A DNA stretch of 64,000 nucleotides from Harriotta raleighana (lineage: Eukaryota). A program made the translations under genes and the position numbers. Within the stretch, counting starts at the first letter, position 1. Each line of letters begins with the position of its first letter. The DNA lies in NCBI GenBank assembly GCA_050575255.1, contig JBNZDD010013687.1, positions 1,004,373-1,068,372 of the forward strand, given 5' to 3'. The notes under the pieces are model-generated. The model was not told the DNA's origin, made no database searches, and saw nothing but the letters and a program-made list of their open reading frames with translations. Of the stretch, positions 62,336 through 64,000 are shown in pieces.

Positions 62336-63559
62336 GTAAGATATTTATATATTCTTGTATTTGTCTATGAAGGTCAGCAGTGGTGAAGAAACGATATCAA
62401 ACACGAAATTTAACAGCTTGCCATCAACTGGTATTGAAAAATAAAGTACTATTGAACTTCCACAGAGGAGTTTTTCACATACCAAGAAAATATTAAGGCA
62501 ACAGATGTGCTCATTCACCAAATAATTTTTATTTGGTGCACTGGCATTACAAATAATGTGATCGTCTGATTCTGCTGAATAATATCAAAACAACAACAAC
62601 AAAATTGCATTTGTATAATGTCTTTCACATCAGAAGGCCATCCCAAGGTCGTGGACAGGTTACTGCTTCAGACCAAGCTAAGGACGGGAGGGGGGTGGAG
62701 GGGCGGGAGGCGGGGGTTGGAAAGACAAGACAAGTAAGGAGAAGAACAGATATCGTAAAAAAGGAAGGAGCAATTTGCAGGGTGAGGAGTGAAAACAAGC
62801 AAATTAATGGATAGTGAATTTAAAGAGTCAGAATGGACCAAATAGCCTTCTTCTGTGGTGAAAATTTCTATGGATCTATTGTCAATGACACTGAGCTTTT
62901 CTAACAGAAAGATAGAATGCGCCAGAGGGTGGCCAACACGACCACCAGCTGAACGGGACACGAGACACACTACATGACTTAACTCTTTGGATGCTGCCAA
63001 TGTTTGAAGAAGAGCTGGCATTAAAAAGCTTGAGTATCTTTGCATTTCTCGTTTGTAAAAAATCAACAACTCCGTGAGGAGATTTCCATTACCGTGATGA
63101 CTTGATGTTTCTTCCATTCCAAACCTTCTTGTTTCCAGTTGGCAGTGAAAGTGTTCATTATTTCTTCACACAACATTGGGAGTGGATGTGAGTCCAATTA
63201 GTTTATGCTATGTGAAATTGCTACTGGCAACATGAATATATTATCCCTTGGAGCTTATAGCCGCTGGCAATATTTGGCGCTACAGGTCAACGAATAAGAT
63301 TAGACACAAGAGCTAAAACATTCCTCATGTTGCTAAGTGAAATGACCCTGTGTTCGGCCTTTATGAACACACTTCGCTGTATTGAGCTGCATGAGGAATC
63401 TTTTGCCAAACGAATTCTGGAAATGCAAAAAAAAAACGAAAGCTAAAATACTATGAGGAGCATATTCCAGCTGTCACAACTGCTGTCCATTTGGCTGGTC
63501 CTATTTCTAAAATGATTGCTCTCTATCTCTCACACTTCCTATTCTTCGCCACCACCAGC

Positions 63560-64000
63560 ATATTTTACATGAACTCCGTCTTCAAACTGACAATGTTATC
63601 TACCTCCACTGCCTCCCTGGTGAAATTTGTTCCACATATTCATCACCCGCTGTGTAAACGAGTTACGTCTTAATTGCCGTCTAGCTGTGGATTTCTTGAC
63701 TCTATCGAACGTGTCAATAGAATTCAGCTTCTTTATGCACTTTAGAATTAGAACATTTTAGTGAGACAATCCAATCATGTTTTCTGATGTAAACATGACT
63801 AATTTTCTCAGTCTCTTTTCCTACCTTGGGTGCCTAGTCCTCTTTTGCAATTGAGTTGCCCATCATTGTATCCTCTCAAATGCCCAGTTTAGACAACAGA
63901 ATATTACACCTTGGTCAAGACAAATACTTTTCTCTATCCCTTTACTTATAAAGCCTAAAGATAATCATACATTTTCATTGTGTACATGATATAGCTGTGT
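63560..64000 (-). mobile_element. Highly degenerate CR1 fragment
   Basis: acctccactgcctccctggtgaaatttgttccacatattcatcacccgctgtgtaaa resembles the reverse complement of the CR1 'FTQRV.N.WN.LP.E.VE' region. Confidence 0.5.

Noticed and set aside
31-63673. The many 60-160 aa ORFs in the six-frame track
   Set aside because: Apart from those overlapping FMN1 exons (882, 3319, 5339), LINE remnants (10608, 22592, 23086, 31334, 31532) and the antisense candidate (32236), they lack recognisable domains, mostly use non-ATG starts, and are the length expected by chance in eukaryotic intron DNA.
62336-64000. Final FMN1 coding exon (expected basic KxRLR.K-type FSI peptide and stop)
   Set aside because: No phase-0 acceptor followed by such a peptide was found; it presumably lies beyond the window.

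Overview
Vertebrate genomic DNA, AT-rich and intron-dominated. The repeat content (tRNA-head SINEs with (TTA)n tails, Deu-type SINEs, CR1, L2, Penelope-type fragments) suggests a cartilaginous fish, probably a holocephalan; this is an inference. The window lies inside one + strand gene, formin-1 (FMN1). Eight canonical GT-AG exons (995-1124, 3316-3462, 4891-4950, 5318-5438, 16967-17059, 27767-27818, 43221-43370, 62254-62335; 835 nt in total) splice in frame to the C-terminal half of the FH2 domain. Upstream exons and the final coding exon fall outside the window. The four large 3' introns correspond to the part of Fmn1 that in mouse holds the long-range limb enhancers of the neighbouring Grem1 gene. 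Several repeat-poor, motif-dense blocks are candidate enhancers, the best lying just 3' of exon 43221-43370. Other notable items are four degenerate Penelope-type repeats whose consensus is a minimal hammerhead ribozyme, a clean 156-nt antisense exon-like unit, a two-copy MITE family, and a 38-bp exact duplication. Almost all of the supplied short ORFs are spurious or transposon-derived. I found no convincing evidence of an entirely new system. Exon coordinates were counted exactly; repeat boundaries are approximate.
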